From a virus: 42,509 nucleotides of DNA. Both the position numbers and the translations under genes were made by a program. The DNA is taken from IMG/VR virus record IMGVR_UViG_3300045988_081127, positions 1-42,509 of that record; one strand, 5' to 3'. Positions 16,437 to 26,093 of this stretch are shown here, piece after piece. The notes below the pieces were generated by a model. The model ran no database searches, was not told the DNA's origin, and worked only from the letters and a program-made list of their open reading frames with translations. Positions within the stretch are counted from its first letter, which is position 1, and each line of letters starts with the position of its first letter.

Positions 16437-17279
16437 TTAATGCGGTCCTGACGTTTCTTTGCCATCGCCCTGCTCGGTGTGCGTGTGCCTCGTGAGACTG
16501 ATACCGCTCGCCGTAACATCATCAGAAACCTTAATCGAACCCTGAAATGTCGCAGTCGCGCCCCCGGTCCCGCCCGTAATACTCATGCCGGACGTGCCGG
16601 AGATGTGGCCAGTGACCGTCAGATTCTTTTGAATCGCGACGTTGCCTGTGAACGTGCTCTGAGGACTGTCAACCGTCAGCGAACTCGACGCATTCACTTT
16701 CGCGGTCTTCGTGACAACGGTCGCCGAATCCTTGGCGTTCACCGTGACGGTCTCGCAATCAATGATCACCGTCGGGCTTTCTAAGTGATGCTGCTTCGGT
16801 GCGACGACATGAATCGTCCCTTTCTCTTCGATGTGAATGAAGGTCTTCGGCACCTGTCCCCAAAAGCCGCCGATATAAAAGCCATCGGACATATCAAAGC
16901 ATCGGAAGGTGCCCGGCGCAACAGGCGTATTGCCGCCCGTCAGTCGGGAGCAGTCCTGCTGAGCAAAAATCGCTAGCCCGATGTCCCCAACGACCGGATC
17001 GCAAATCACGGCGGCGGTGCCGTGCTGAAGCCTGAAATACGGCAGGTGCGGAATGCTCACAGGCTCCAGTACGTTGCCATCGGCGCCGGTCTGACACACC
17101 AGGGGCGTCGCATCAACGTACAGAGCGCCGCTACCGTCAGCGGCACGCTCGACCACGTCAACGCGAACGGGGATCGCGGTACTCACCATCTGTTTGACGA
17201 TTGAACGCGTGAAAAATTCCTGCGCATTGAGTTCCGACCCTAAAGACGATACCCGCGCATTAGTTTTAAGCTCAGTCAT
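16437..17279 (-). CDS. Baseplate spike / assembly protein V-like
   Basis: C-terminal SLTRHTHTEQGDGKETSGPH is typical of gpV/Mu gp45-type spikes. Beta-helix-like repeats precede it. Confidence 0.65.
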   Translation of the reverse strand: MTELKTNARVSSLGSELNAQEFFTRSIVKQMVSTAIPVRVDVVERAADGSGALYVDATPLVCQTGADGNVLEPVSIPHLPYFRLQHGTAAVICDPVVGDIGLAIFAQQDCSRLTGGNTPVAPGTFRCFDMSDGFYIGGFWGQVPKTFIHIEEKGTIHVVAPKQHHLESPTVIIDCETVTVNAKDSATVVTKTAKVNASSSLTVDSPQSTFTGNVAIQKNLTVTGHISGTSGMSITGGTGGATATFQGSIKVSDDVTASGISLTRHTHTEQGDGKETSGPH

Positions 17280-18136
17280 CTGTCAACCCAAGTTCCTGCG
17301 ATCTCTGTTCGCCACGCGCCGCCGTTCGGCAGGTTGGCGGCTATGTCGTGCGTCACGCTGTAGATTTTCCAAACACCCGTGGCACGAGGCATCGAGCTTT
17401 CAATACGACACAATCCGCAGACCATCAGGACGGGATTAAACAAGCACACCGCCCGAATGCCTAGCGAGTCGAAGCTAGGATATCCGATTTCCCCTGTCTG
17501 CGGGTTAATGACGTCAATGGCCACAGCCTCCCCGCGCGAACTGTCGGGGCCGACCAGCACCATCTTTTGATCGTCAATAACGAGATCGGCGCCGATTGTG
17601 TCGGCTACCCATTTGCTTTTGGTGATCGGGTCGCCGTTAATCGTGCAGTTCGTCAGGCTCGACGTGATGCCTGCCGATTCGTATTGCAATCCCGCCTCAC
17701 CTGCAAAAGCCTGCATCAGGCTATCCACAGTCTGCTCACCCTTGACCGCCACAGGAGGCGAGGGAATCAGCTTCGGATAGGCCGCTGAAATGGCCTCAAG
17801 GCGCATCACGGGAGACGGTGCCGCATTCATGTCCGGCGCCGCGTTCATTATCTCGCCTTGAAAGACAACAGACAGCTCGCGCCCCTCTTCGCCTGCGGCA
17901 ATCTCAAGCACGTTACGACGCAACGATAGCGCGTCAAAAGACAGCATCGTGAGCTGCGTCATTTGATCCTGCGACAGACCCCAAATCGCAACTTGCGCCT
18001 TCGGCAGTTCGGGCGCCCCCTGCTTCTGAATCCGAACCGCTATCGCGTTCTGCGTGAACGTCATCTGCGAACCGCTCGCGCCGCCGTCGTCCATGGTGAT
18101 GCTGATGCGGATAACCTTTTGCGTGTAGCTACTCAT
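17276..18136 (-). CDS. Baseplate hub-like tail protein
   Basis: Trimmed to ATG 18136 (MSSYTQKV), which overlaps the upstream stop. Assigned by position. Confidence 0.5.
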   Translation of the reverse strand: MSSYTQKVIRISITMDDGGASGSQMTFTQNAIAVRIQKQGAPELPKAQVAIWGLSQDQMTQLTMLSFDALSLRRNVLEIAAGEEGRELSVVFQGEIMNAAPDMNAAPSPVMRLEAISAAYPKLIPSPPVAVKGEQTVDSLMQAFAGEAGLQYESAGITSSLTNCTINGDPITKSKWVADTIGADLVIDDQKMVLVGPDSSRGEAVAIDVINPQTGEIGYPSFDSLGIRAVCLFNPVLMVCGLCRIESSMPRATGVWKIYSVTHDIAANLPNGGAWRTEIAGTWVDR

Positions 18137-18431
18137 TGGCCGCCTCGTAGACCAAAATCCACCGGTCGCCCAGTCCGCCGTACTGCGGGCGGTCATTGCC
18201 CTGCGTGTCAACCCAGTAAAGCATGGTCCGGGCTACGGTCTGCGCGAAAGGAATCACGCGCCCGCGGGCAAGCGCCAGCGCGTTATCAACAACTCGCACG
18301 CCGTCAACCATCAACGACGTATAAATAAATGCCCCGTTTTGGCGGACCGTCACACGGTAGTTCTGCCCGTTAACGACCGCGCTCACCGTCTGAAACGGCA
18401 CGGCCGAAAGAGGAATTTCCATCCAGCTCAT
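18129..18431 (-). CDS. Tail protein (100 aa)
   Basis: Trimmed to ATG 18431 (ATGA overlap with the upstream gene). Confidence 0.5.
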   Translation of the reverse strand: MSWMEIPLSAVPFQTVSAVVNGQNYRVTVRQNGAFIYTSLMVDGVRVVDNALALARGRVIPFAQTVARTMLYWVDTQGNDRPQYGGLGDRWILVYEAANE

Positions 18432-18943
18432 AAAAGGCCCTCGGCAAGTTTTGCGGCCAGCGTCTTCGGTTGCACCTTCCCGCCGCTCACTTCGTCCGCG
18501 CTCGTCGGGTTCTGCGGCGACCATATGACCTTGCGCGTGCCGGTCTGCACCGCTCGAATCGTAATAAAGCCAAGTTCGAGGATCAAAGAGCTTGCATTCT
18601 GCGTTACCGATCGCGACTGGCTGATTGTCTCAAGCGCGAGATTTTCGACAACGAAATACGGCGTCACGAGTTTGCAAAGTGAGTCGGTACCAATGGCCTG
18701 CTTCAGACTCCGAAGCGCATTGAGGGCCTGCGTCTGCGTCGCTGGATCGCCGTCAAGAGCAAGCGATATCGACACGGCATCAGGTGCCTGCACCTTGTTA
18801 TAGGCCGCAAGATTGCCGCCCTCTAAAGGCTCCGTAAGCACGCGGGCGGCCTCGGCTAGCGAGCAGGACACGATGCCGACGTAATCGCAAATAGGTCGAT
18901 CAGAAGCGTTCAGAATCGCCCATGTTGAGAAGTCTTGAGCCAT
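18428..18943 (-). CDS. Tail protein following the tape measure (171 aa)
   Basis: Assigned by position only. Confidence 0.5.
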   Translation of the reverse strand: MAQDFSTWAILNASDRPICDYVGIVSCSLAEAARVLTEPLEGGNLAAYNKVQAPDAVSISLALDGDPATQTQALNALRSLKQAIGTDSLCKLVTPYFVVENLALETISQSRSVTQNASSLILELGFITIRAVQTGTRKVIWSPQNPTSADEVSGGKVQPKTLAAKLAEGLL

Positions 18944-18952
18944 TCAGTCCCC

Positions 18953-20671
18953 TCACTTCAAATTGACGCCGCGCGTCGACTGTCCAATAAGTTCAGCCTG
19001 ACGGTTGAAACCGCCGGTGACCGTGGCGCCGATGGCTCGGCTGATGGCCTGCGCGTTGTCTCTTGTCTCGATGTTGTTCACGACATTCATGCTTGCGTTA
19101 GTGACCACGTTGGGGGCGGCGGCCTTGTATGCCGCCTGCTTCACAACGACAATCTCACGCTCGCGGGTGCTCGTTGGCTGGTCCTTCTTCTCCTCTTCGG
19201 CCTTGTCGCCGCTGAAGCCGAGGAATTTCCCGATGCCCCCAAACAGACCCTTAATGGGTTCGCCAATCTTCTTTTTAATGAGATCGGCGGCGTTGTCGAA
19301 CCACCCTTTAAGCGTCTGCCATGCCGTCTTCAGCGCCTCAATGATCGTATCCGGGATAGCCGTAAAGACTGAGGCTATTTCCTTGCCGATCTTTTTCGCC
19401 GTCCGCCAAAGCGTAATAAAGCCGATAACAACGCCGTTAATGGCGGCCACCAGCCCGACGATAACGACCGACACGGCCTTAAAAACAAGCGTCAGGGCGT
19501 CACCAAGAAGCGGCTTGACCTTATCCCACAGCCATGAAAAGCCCTCGCCGAGCGTCTTCAAACTCTCGCGAAACTCTTCGATGTCGGCGGCACCGGCTCC
19601 CATCTTCTTGAGCATTCGCTCAAAAAGACTGTCGGCGCCTTTGGCGAACCCAATCAGGTCGTCAATAGCGAGCACCAGGGCCGCCACGCCTGCCGCGATT
19701 ACCGTCACCGGCAGGGCCGCAATCTTGACGGCCATCCCGAAGGCTCGCACGGCAAGAATAGCTTTCTTAATCGCATTCAGGTTTTTAAGCCCAAACACAA
19801 GTCCGAACCCGACCGCGAGCAGGGCGAAGGCGCGGGTGTTCTCGCGGATAATTCCGACGAGGGCGCTTAAGCCGTCAAGCACCTTTGTGACGCCCGGGAG
19901 CACCAGCCGCACGAACACATTGCCGACGTCTTGCGCCGCAATCTTGAAATCCATCCACGCGACTTTGAACGCGCGGGCGTTCCGACTGTCCTGCGCTGTA
20001 AACGCGGTCTTGCGGTACTTCGCCATTAAGGCGTCGAGCGCCTTTTGTCCTTGCAAGAAAATGGGAATGGCATCGAGCGCCACGCCCTGCGCCTGCAAAA
20101 AGCGCTGAGCCGCGCCGCGGCTCATGCCCTCGACTTTGCTCGCAAGCTGAAATACTTCCTCAGCCGGTCGCCCGGACTGCTGGTAGTAAGCCTTCATCGA
20201 GGCAAAGATTGATTCGGCAGAACCCCCGGCGGCCTCAGCGGCCTTCCCGAATGCGTCAAGCTCGCGCACCGACACGCCGAGTTGCGTCGACAGCCTCGCA
20301 AGCGATTCCGACTTATCGACATAGTTGCCGAACGTCTCGGCGCCACCGGCCACAAGCCCGAAGGTAGCGGCCAACAGTCCGAGTTTCGAGCGCACCAGCT
20401 CAATGGCGGGGGCAGCGCCTTTGAAGGAGTCGGAGATAGCCGCCGCGGCTTCTTTCGACGCTTCCCCGAGCTTTTGCACGCGTTCGCCCGCACGCGAGAA
20501 AGAGAGCGCAGAAACGGCGCCCGAGTCTTTCGACTGCGTGCCGACCGCTTCAAATTGCTCCTTTGCCTTTGTCGCAAAGCTCTCGACCTTCCCACGAACG
20601 GCATCAACGCCCTTGGCAAACTCCTTCGCGTCAAGCCCGATGGAAATCAGTAATTCGTCAATGACAGACAT
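18953..20671 (-). CDS. Tail tape measure protein
   Basis: 572 aa, helical A/G/L/K-rich with central TM-like segments. Follows the frameshifted chaperone pair. ATG 20671 (the track M1 is TTG). Confidence 0.85.
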   Translation of the reverse strand: MSVIDELLISIGLDAKEFAKGVDAVRGKVESFATKAKEQFEAVGTQSKDSGAVSALSFSRAGERVQKLGEASKEAAAAISDSFKGAAPAIELVRSKLGLLAATFGLVAGGAETFGNYVDKSESLARLSTQLGVSVRELDAFGKAAEAAGGSAESIFASMKAYYQQSGRPAEEVFQLASKVEGMSRGAAQRFLQAQGVALDAIPIFLQGQKALDALMAKYRKTAFTAQDSRNARAFKVAWMDFKIAAQDVGNVFVRLVLPGVTKVLDGLSALVGIIRENTRAFALLAVGFGLVFGLKNLNAIKKAILAVRAFGMAVKIAALPVTVIAAGVAALVLAIDDLIGFAKGADSLFERMLKKMGAGAADIEEFRESLKTLGEGFSWLWDKVKPLLGDALTLVFKAVSVVIVGLVAAINGVVIGFITLWRTAKKIGKEIASVFTAIPDTIIEALKTAWQTLKGWFDNAADLIKKKIGEPIKGLFGGIGKFLGFSGDKAEEEKKDQPTSTREREIVVVKQAAYKAAAPNVVTNASMNVVNNIETRDNAQAISRAIGATVTGGFNRQAELIGQSTRGVNLK

Positions 20672-21266
20672 CAATCATCCCTGCGGCTTGCAAGCCATTC
20701 ATGGTAGTTCTGCAATGTCAAAACCTCGTCGAGGTCGTAGACGTCTTGCAGGCTGTAATAGGTTTGAACCTCCCGCAGGCTCGCGAGCCGCGAGGAAACG
20801 GCACGACCGCAAACCGGCGGGAGATTCGCTAGTGCCGACGTTCCTTTGACCTTTAAGAGGTCAGAACGCCACGCATCGTGGAGAGGAAGTGCGAGAACCC
20901 GCCTTTGCCGAAAAAACCGAAATTCGCCTGTATGGCCGCCGCCTTCAAAAGAAAAACGGTCGTCGGATAGTCAATCTTCCCGTCAAGCGTGTCGGCGTCA
21001 ACCGGAATGGTCGCCCCGCCCTGCACGATCTCACAGCACGAAAGCAGCTCATCCCAAAGCGGCGCGACTTTCTCGTAGTCGACGGTAGAGAGCGCCTTAA
21101 CGATTTCAGTCGCGTCGGCGTCTTTCGTCAAAGACGACAGGCCGCCGCCCAGCGCGAACGCCGCACGAATCAACCAGCGTTCGGCCTTGAGGGCGGACAT
21201 TGGCTTAATCGTGAACGTGATTTTGCGCTCTCCGTCTTGGAGTGTGATGGTTTTGGCCTCGCGCAT
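20671..21266 (-). CDS. Tail assembly chaperone -1 frameshift fusion (GT-like, ~198 aa)
   Basis: The -1 frame is open for 79 codons from the slippery site to TGA 20673-20671, which overlaps the tape-measure ATG. Confidence 0.6.
20853..21266 (-). CDS. Tail assembly chaperone (G-like, frame 0 product)
   Basis: 137 aa between the tube and the tape measure. Confidence 0.7.
   Translation of the reverse strand: MREAKTITLQDGERKITFTIKPMSALKAERWLIRAAFALGGGLSSLTKDADATEIVKALSTVDYEKVAPLWDELLSCCEIVQGGATIPVDADTLDGKIDYPTTVFLLKAAAIQANFGFFGKGGFSHFLSTMRGVLTS
20910..20916 (-). promoter_or_regulatory. Slippery heptamer T TTT TTC for programmed -1 frameshift
   Basis: Minus strand GGT TTT TTC GGC at codons G117-F118-F119 of the chaperone. 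Confidence 0.6.
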
Positions 21267-21691
21267 TACTGGCAGTCCTCAAACGTCATTTGAACCGTCA
21301 CCGGGTCCTGCATGCGATTGGCGGCAGGCATCGGCATCATCTGAGTGAAGACGCCGTTGACGAACTGATAGGTGCGGTCAGTCGCCGGGTAGTACACGGT
21401 CAGCTCGACGCCAAGCGGCGTTTTAAGAGACTTCTGCAAAGCCTGAGCCTCGCGCAGATAAGCAATCGCGGGCGCGGTCGGCTGAAGCGTCAGATTGACC
21501 ACATAGGGATTCGGCGTGTAGCCCTTGACCAAATGGCCATCGAGCGTCATGTCCGCCTGCACTTCCTGCACGGCGTCGGCAGCAATACCGGCATCCGTCG
21601 AGAACTGCGTCAGCTGAATGCCCGACGGGCAGACGTTTTCAATCTTGAGCCATGCGACTACGTTCGCTGAGGTCTTATTTTTTAACGGCAT
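21266..21691 (-). CDS. Tail tube protein
   Basis: 141 aa, between the sheath/HEG-like gene and the chaperone. AGGAG SD. Confidence 0.65.
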   Translation of the reverse strand: MPLKNKTSANVVAWLKIENVCPSGIQLTQFSTDAGIAADAVQEVQADMTLDGHLVKGYTPNPYVVNLTLQPTAPAIAYLREAQALQKSLKTPLGVELTVYYPATDRTYQFVNGVFTQMMPMPAANRMQDPVTVQMTFEDCQ

Positions 21692-21735
21692 TTATATGCT
21701 CCTAAAAGGCCGCTCCGAAAAGCGGACGATGAAAT

Positions 21736-22656
21736 TTATTTCCTTGTTAGGTGGCGTCGTCTTGAGTTCTCGGATCGAGTCACCCATTCGCAATTTTCAG
21801 GACAATAGTCGCCGCCCGGATCAATGCGGTCGATTGTCAAACCCTCTTTATAACCGTGCTTCATTGCCCAGTCGTAAAAGGTCTGAAAATCTTTCCACTC
21901 ATCGCAAACTTTTACCCCTTTTGCCCCGTAATATTTAAAGACTTTGACGTTCGGATTGTTACACCGATTCTTCATGCTTTGATGGACGGCATATAAAGGA
22001 GTTCCAGCTTTACCATGTGTAATTTTTGCTTCGGTGGCGTGTTTTAAGCCAAGGCATCCACAAGATGTCGTGTGACCACTTCTAAGACTAGCAGTTGTCG
22101 GGAAAACGATTTTTCCGCACTCACAAACGCATTTCCATTTTTGTCCACCTGAGTTTGTTTTTCCAGCCTTTTCTAAAACCGTTAAGGAACAAAACTTTTG
22201 ACCGCTAAGATCAATCGCTTTGGGGCTTGGCCGTCCTGCCATTGACAGGCAACGTTTTCGTGCCATTTCTTTCTGGAGACACCCGCAAGAGCGAACTTTT
22301 CCGTTTCTTAAAAGCGTTCCAGAAACCTCATGTTTGTTCCCACAGTCGCACTGGCACAAGTAGCGTTTTTCTCGTCTGTTGCTCTTTACTTCGGACAAAA
22401 CAACAAGCCTTCCGAATCTCTTTCCAATCATCGGTATGGCCCTGCGTTTCTGCCCCTTAATCTTTTCAATGGCTCTTTCGATATTTAAGCATCCACACGA
22501 TTTTGTGTTGCCAGATTTCAGGGCGGTGGTGCTGACAACTTTATCATTTCCACAATCGCAACGACATAGCCATTTAGCCCTGCCGTTTTGAGTCTCGAAA
22601 AAAGATAAAACTGTCAAGCGGCCGAACTTTTGTCCTGATAAATCAATGCGTTTCAT
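21736..22656 (-). CDS. Cys-rich three-module Zn-ribbon protein with HNH-like C-terminal domain (free-standing homing-endonuclease-like gene)
   Basis: Three units DLSGQKFGRLTVL...W.C.CDCG...L.SG...SCGC, then YYGAKGVKVCDEW...LTIDRIDPGGDYCPENCEWVT. Visibly lower GC than the flanks. Confidence 0.6.
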   Translation of the reverse strand: MKRIDLSGQKFGRLTVLSFFETQNGRAKWLCRCDCGNDKVVSTTALKSGNTKSCGCLNIERAIEKIKGQKRRAIPMIGKRFGRLVVLSEVKSNRREKRYLCQCDCGNKHEVSGTLLRNGKVRSCGCLQKEMARKRCLSMAGRPSPKAIDLSGQKFCSLTVLEKAGKTNSGGQKWKCVCECGKIVFPTTASLRSGHTTSCGCLGLKHATEAKITHGKAGTPLYAVHQSMKNRCNNPNVKVFKYYGAKGVKVCDEWKDFQTFYDWAMKHGYKEGLTIDRIDPGGDYCPENCEWVTRSENSRRRHLTRK

Positions 22657-22706
22657 AATTCCCCCGCGAATTTCTTCACGGGGAAATTATAGCAATAGCA
22701 GGTTGT

Positions 22707-24209
22707 CTATAACACTGCCGTTACCGGTAGAGAAATGCGTTGGATTCCGGAGCCGTACGCATAATACAGTTGAGAGATCGGAGCGCCGCGCTGAGCGCGA
22801 ACGGAGGCGCCCGGGTCGAGCACCTGCAAAAAATATCCCTTGCTTTGCAGTTCACGCGGGGCCTCTTCGTTGCCCGTTTCCTGCATGATCTGCGCTTTCT
22901 GACTGTCGCTCAGGCTAATGCCCGCGTCGATGACGCCCGCATTCAGCGCCTGCGTGATCGGGTCTTGGCACCATGATTTAAGCATTGTGAAGCCCGTCGC
23001 ATTGTAGGGCGCACGGTTGACCGTAGCGAAGCCCTTCATAATCGAGGTCTGCAATTTGGAGCGAAGCCAAATCGAGCCAATCAGCGTGTCATAAAAACCA
23101 TACATCGCCGGGTTGCAAAGGGCGCCGCGGTTCGTGAACTGGAACTGATCATTACGCGTGGCGAACTGCCCGATGTAGGAAACGGCGAGCGCGTCAAGCG
23201 CATGGGCTTCCTGCTCGGTCGTCACCGTCGGCGTCAGGCCGCTAGCCGTCTTGCCAAAGATGACCTTCATGCCCTGCGTCGCATCCCACTTGATCGTAGC
23301 AGGGTAGGCCACGGCAAAAGCCGCCGTAACGTAGTCCTGAGCGTAGATCGGGAAGGTGCAGTTATAGCGATCCTTCAGTGCGTAGGCTACAGTCGATTCC
23401 TGCGTCAGCGTGCTGGTCATCTTCGTGTCACTCGACCAAAAGACATAAACAAAGTCGTCTTCGATATCGGCCCATGCGGCATAGGCTTCGGCCTCAGCCT
23501 TTTCAGTGACTTCCCACAAGGTCGTAAACTGCGCCCAGTTGGATGTAACGGAGCGGACGGCGTCGAGCGTCGCCGCTTCGGTCTGAGCCGTGGCGCCCTG
23601 AGAAAGGACGGCGCCCGCGGCCTGCGTCAGGTTGAGCTTTGCAGAGAGGTCCGTACCACCTTCACCCGCCGAGGCATACCCCACGGTAGACGTGGCGCCC
23701 TTCGTCGTCGATGTGAACGTAAATGTCTGCGTGTTCGAATCGTAAGAGCCGGTGCAACCGGTCAGGGCCGTCGCAATCTTCGAAGCAACATCCGAGAGAG
23801 ACGTGGCCTCCGAGAGGTCAACTGTTGCGGCGGTCTTTTCTGCGCCGTCAATCGTGAGCTTCATGGCGCCGTCTTTGATGGCCTTGAATGCGGCCAAGTC
23901 GGCAGATACCCGGGCACCACGAATCCACGCGGCGCAATCTTCACTGATGCGGCGACCGATCACGAGCGCAGTCGGTGCCTTCTGCTGATTCGTCAGGCCC
24001 GTGAAATACTGCTGAGAAAAGCGAGCTTCGTCGGAGTCCGGGCCGAAGAAATCGGACACGGCGGAAGCCGAGGCGAAGGCGACGGCCGGGGAACCGGTCG
24101 GCAGCAGTGCGCTCTTCGTGAGCAACATGCCGTTCGTTTCAAGATCGGAAGCGCCCGCGCTGATGGTGTGCGGCGTGATCGCGACAAGATAACCAGCTGG
24201 AATTGACAT
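22707..24209 (-). CDS. Tail sheath protein
   Basis: 500 aa. First gene of a sheath-tube-chaperone-tape measure order. Confidence 0.7.
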   Translation of the reverse strand: MSIPAGYLVAITPHTISAGASDLETNGMLLTKSALLPTGSPAVAFASASAVSDFFGPDSDEARFSQQYFTGLTNQQKAPTALVIGRRISEDCAAWIRGARVSADLAAFKAIKDGAMKLTIDGAEKTAATVDLSEATSLSDVASKIATALTGCTGSYDSNTQTFTFTSTTKGATSTVGYASAGEGGTDLSAKLNLTQAAGAVLSQGATAQTEAATLDAVRSVTSNWAQFTTLWEVTEKAEAEAYAAWADIEDDFVYVFWSSDTKMTSTLTQESTVAYALKDRYNCTFPIYAQDYVTAAFAVAYPATIKWDATQGMKVIFGKTASGLTPTVTTEQEAHALDALAVSYIGQFATRNDQFQFTNRGALCNPAMYGFYDTLIGSIWLRSKLQTSIMKGFATVNRAPYNATGFTMLKSWCQDPITQALNAGVIDAGISLSDSQKAQIMQETGNEEAPRELQSKGYFLQVLDPGASVRAQRGAPISQLYYAYGSGIQRISLPVTAVL

Positions 24210-24217
24210 TTTTTACC

Positions 24218-24769
24218 TCATGGTTTGTATTTCGTGTCGACGTTTACCACATCGACAATTGCGGTTTTGAAAAAATCCTGCGCGAGTTTCACGCGCTTCC
24301 AATAGCCCAAGTGCAGAACGAGAGTCCACCGGCTCACGTACTGTTTGGAATCCATTACGGCGGTCAGGTTCTGAACGCCCTCGGCAAATAAACAGTCAAT
24401 GCCGAACGCTAAGAAGTGCTGCACGCCGAAATCAGAACGCGCGACCGTTTCATAGGTCTGCGCACGCTCCAATGCGTCGAATATGTTCGTCGAATAAACG
24501 TCGATCTGAATGTCTAGATTGACGTACTCGGCAAGCTCCATCACCTCATCGCCGTCGGGCTTCCAGCTCTCAATGTTCGAGCCGCTTCGGGACTGACGAA
24601 TCGGGGTAACTATGCAGAAGTCATTACCGTCCTTCGGGAGCGTTCTATTGTTCCCGAACCCGTCAAGGACGTGCATCTCGTCGGGCAGTTCCGGCGCCGC
24701 GAAGTTGTAGCAGAACTTAATGCACGCGTTCAGCATGTCGGCCTGCGATATGTCTTTAACTGCCGCCAT
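24218..24769 (-). CDS. Neck/tail terminator-like protein (183 aa)
   Basis: Assigned by its position upstream of the sheath. Confidence 0.45.
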   Translation of the reverse strand: MAAVKDISQADMLNACIKFCYNFAAPELPDEMHVLDGFGNNRTLPKDGNDFCIVTPIRQSRSGSNIESWKPDGDEVMELAEYVNLDIQIDVYSTNIFDALERAQTYETVARSDFGVQHFLAFGIDCLFAEGVQNLTAVMDSKQYVSRWTLVLHLGYWKRVKLAQDFFKTAIVDVVNVDTKYKP

Positions 24770-25196
24770 CGGTTGGCTCCTTTACTTTGAAGCGCGGCGG
24801 CACCGTCTGCAAAACGGCCTGCACGCAAGCCCATCCTTCATGCGTGAAATCCTCTATGACGGCGTCGACAAGCCAAAAGGCGCCCCGATCGTCTTTGAGT
24901 AAATCCCCTGACCTGCCGAGCGGGCGCCACGACGCCCACGGGCGCGAAGAAGCGTCATCCGTCGCGCGGAGGTATACCCTGCGAACGGTCGTCGCCTCAT
25001 TGATGCGCTCGGTCTGAATGATCTCGTCGGGCTTGATGCTCTGCCATTGGCCAAGCACCGGCACCGGTCCAGCGAACACGGGGAGTAAGTCGCCGCGCTC
25101 ACCGCGCTCCTGCTCCCCCGTCATCGTGTAAAGCTCGGCGGGAAGATCGCGGGCCACGGCGTTAATCGCGCCCCGAACTACAGCGTGTAAATTCAT
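24756..25196 (-). CDS. Neck protein (146 aa)
   Basis: Assigned by position. Translationally coupled to its neighbours. Confidence 0.45.
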   Translation of the reverse strand: MNLHAVVRGAINAVARDLPAELYTMTGEQERGERGDLLPVFAGPVPVLGQWQSIKPDEIIQTERINEATTVRRVYLRATDDASSRPWASWRPLGRSGDLLKDDRGAFWLVDAVIEDFTHEGWACVQAVLQTVPPRFKVKEPTDGGS

Positions 25197-25657
25197 TTCT
25201 TCCGAACCTCGCTACTAATCGACCTGATGAGGGATGTCGTGTCAATCAAGGGTGCCGCCGGGTTCTCCCTGCGCTTGCGCTCCTTGGCTTCAATCGTCTC
25301 GGGCGAAAGCGGCACGAAGTCGCCACGCTTAATCGTTGCGATAATGTCCGCACGCATCACGCGGCCGACGACGCCTAACACTTCTTCGGCTCGTCTAAGG
25401 CCCCGGCGCTTCACGCCCATGGCAAGCTGTTCGCGCCACTCCGTTTTGTGGCCCTCGACAGTTTGCCGCAGGAAGGGACGCGCAGGCATCTTTGATGTTC
25501 CGTATTCCAGCGCCAGCCCGTAGGCCGCTACGCTCTCGCCCGTGTCGGAATTCGTGGCGCCCCGCAGCACCCCTGCAACGGCCTCTAGCTTGGCTTTATG
25601 AGCGGCCTTCGCAAGCTCTTTTAAGCCGCCTTTTGAGTAGACGACCTTGACGCGCAT
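25193..25657 (-). CDS. HK97 gp10-like head-tail joining protein
   Basis: LEYGTSKMPARPFLRQT motif. Confidence 0.55.
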   Translation of the reverse strand: MRVKVVYSKGGLKELAKAAHKAKLEAVAGVLRGATNSDTGESVAAYGLALEYGTSKMPARPFLRQTVEGHKTEWREQLAMGVKRRGLRRAEEVLGVVGRVMRADIIATIKRGDFVPLSPETIEAKERKRRENPAAPLIDTTSLIRSISSEVRKK

Positions 25658-26089
25658 TTAACCACCCATATAGATGTGCTGGACGCCGAAATAGAGCGGC
25701 CCTTGTGCGTAGCGCTTGAGAATCACCCACGCTTGCGCGCCGCACTTCGTCGAGTTCCACCACGCGGGATTAGAGGCATCAACCATGCCGCCAAACACGG
25801 CGCTAACGGAGCCCTCGCCCGCGGTCTGCAACGGCCCCGCCTGCTGATCACCCCAAATGTAGGACTGCGTGGCAATGTGGCAGGTCAAAAGGGTGAGAAC
25901 AACCGCCCGCGTCTTAATGGGCGGCTGTGCATCGGGATCGTAAGGAATCGCGCTGTCGTCGTCGTTGCCGATCAGTTCCGCCGCCTGATCAAAGCACGCT
26001 TCTAACATTTCATCAGTAAAGCGCGTGATGTCGCTAAATGCGGGGTATACCTTTCGGAAGGTCTCGGGATCGAACACGACGGCAGTCAT
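25658..26089 (-). CDS. Head-tail adaptor (DUF4054-like)
   Basis: N-terminal FDPETFRKVYPAFSDI pattern. Assigned also by position. Confidence 0.5.
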   Translation of the reverse strand: MTAVVFDPETFRKVYPAFSDITRFTDEMLEACFDQAAELIGNDDDSAIPYDPDAQPPIKTRAVVLTLLTCHIATQSYIWGDQQAGPLQTAGEGSVSAVFGGMVDASNPAWWNSTKCGAQAWVILKRYAQGPLYFGVQHIYMGG

Positions 26090-26093
26090 TGCG

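Noticed and set aside
19005-20108. 367-aa plus-strand ORF opposite the tape measure gene
   Set aside because: It is the codon-antiparallel shadow of a well-supported minus-strand gene. Its translation is low-complexity S/A/P/R-rich, it has no SD, and it breaks operon logic.
23202-24206. 334-aa Arg-rich plus-strand ORF opposite the sheath gene
   Set aside because: Antisense shadow ORF with an R/G-rich, implausible composition. The sheath reading frame explains the region.
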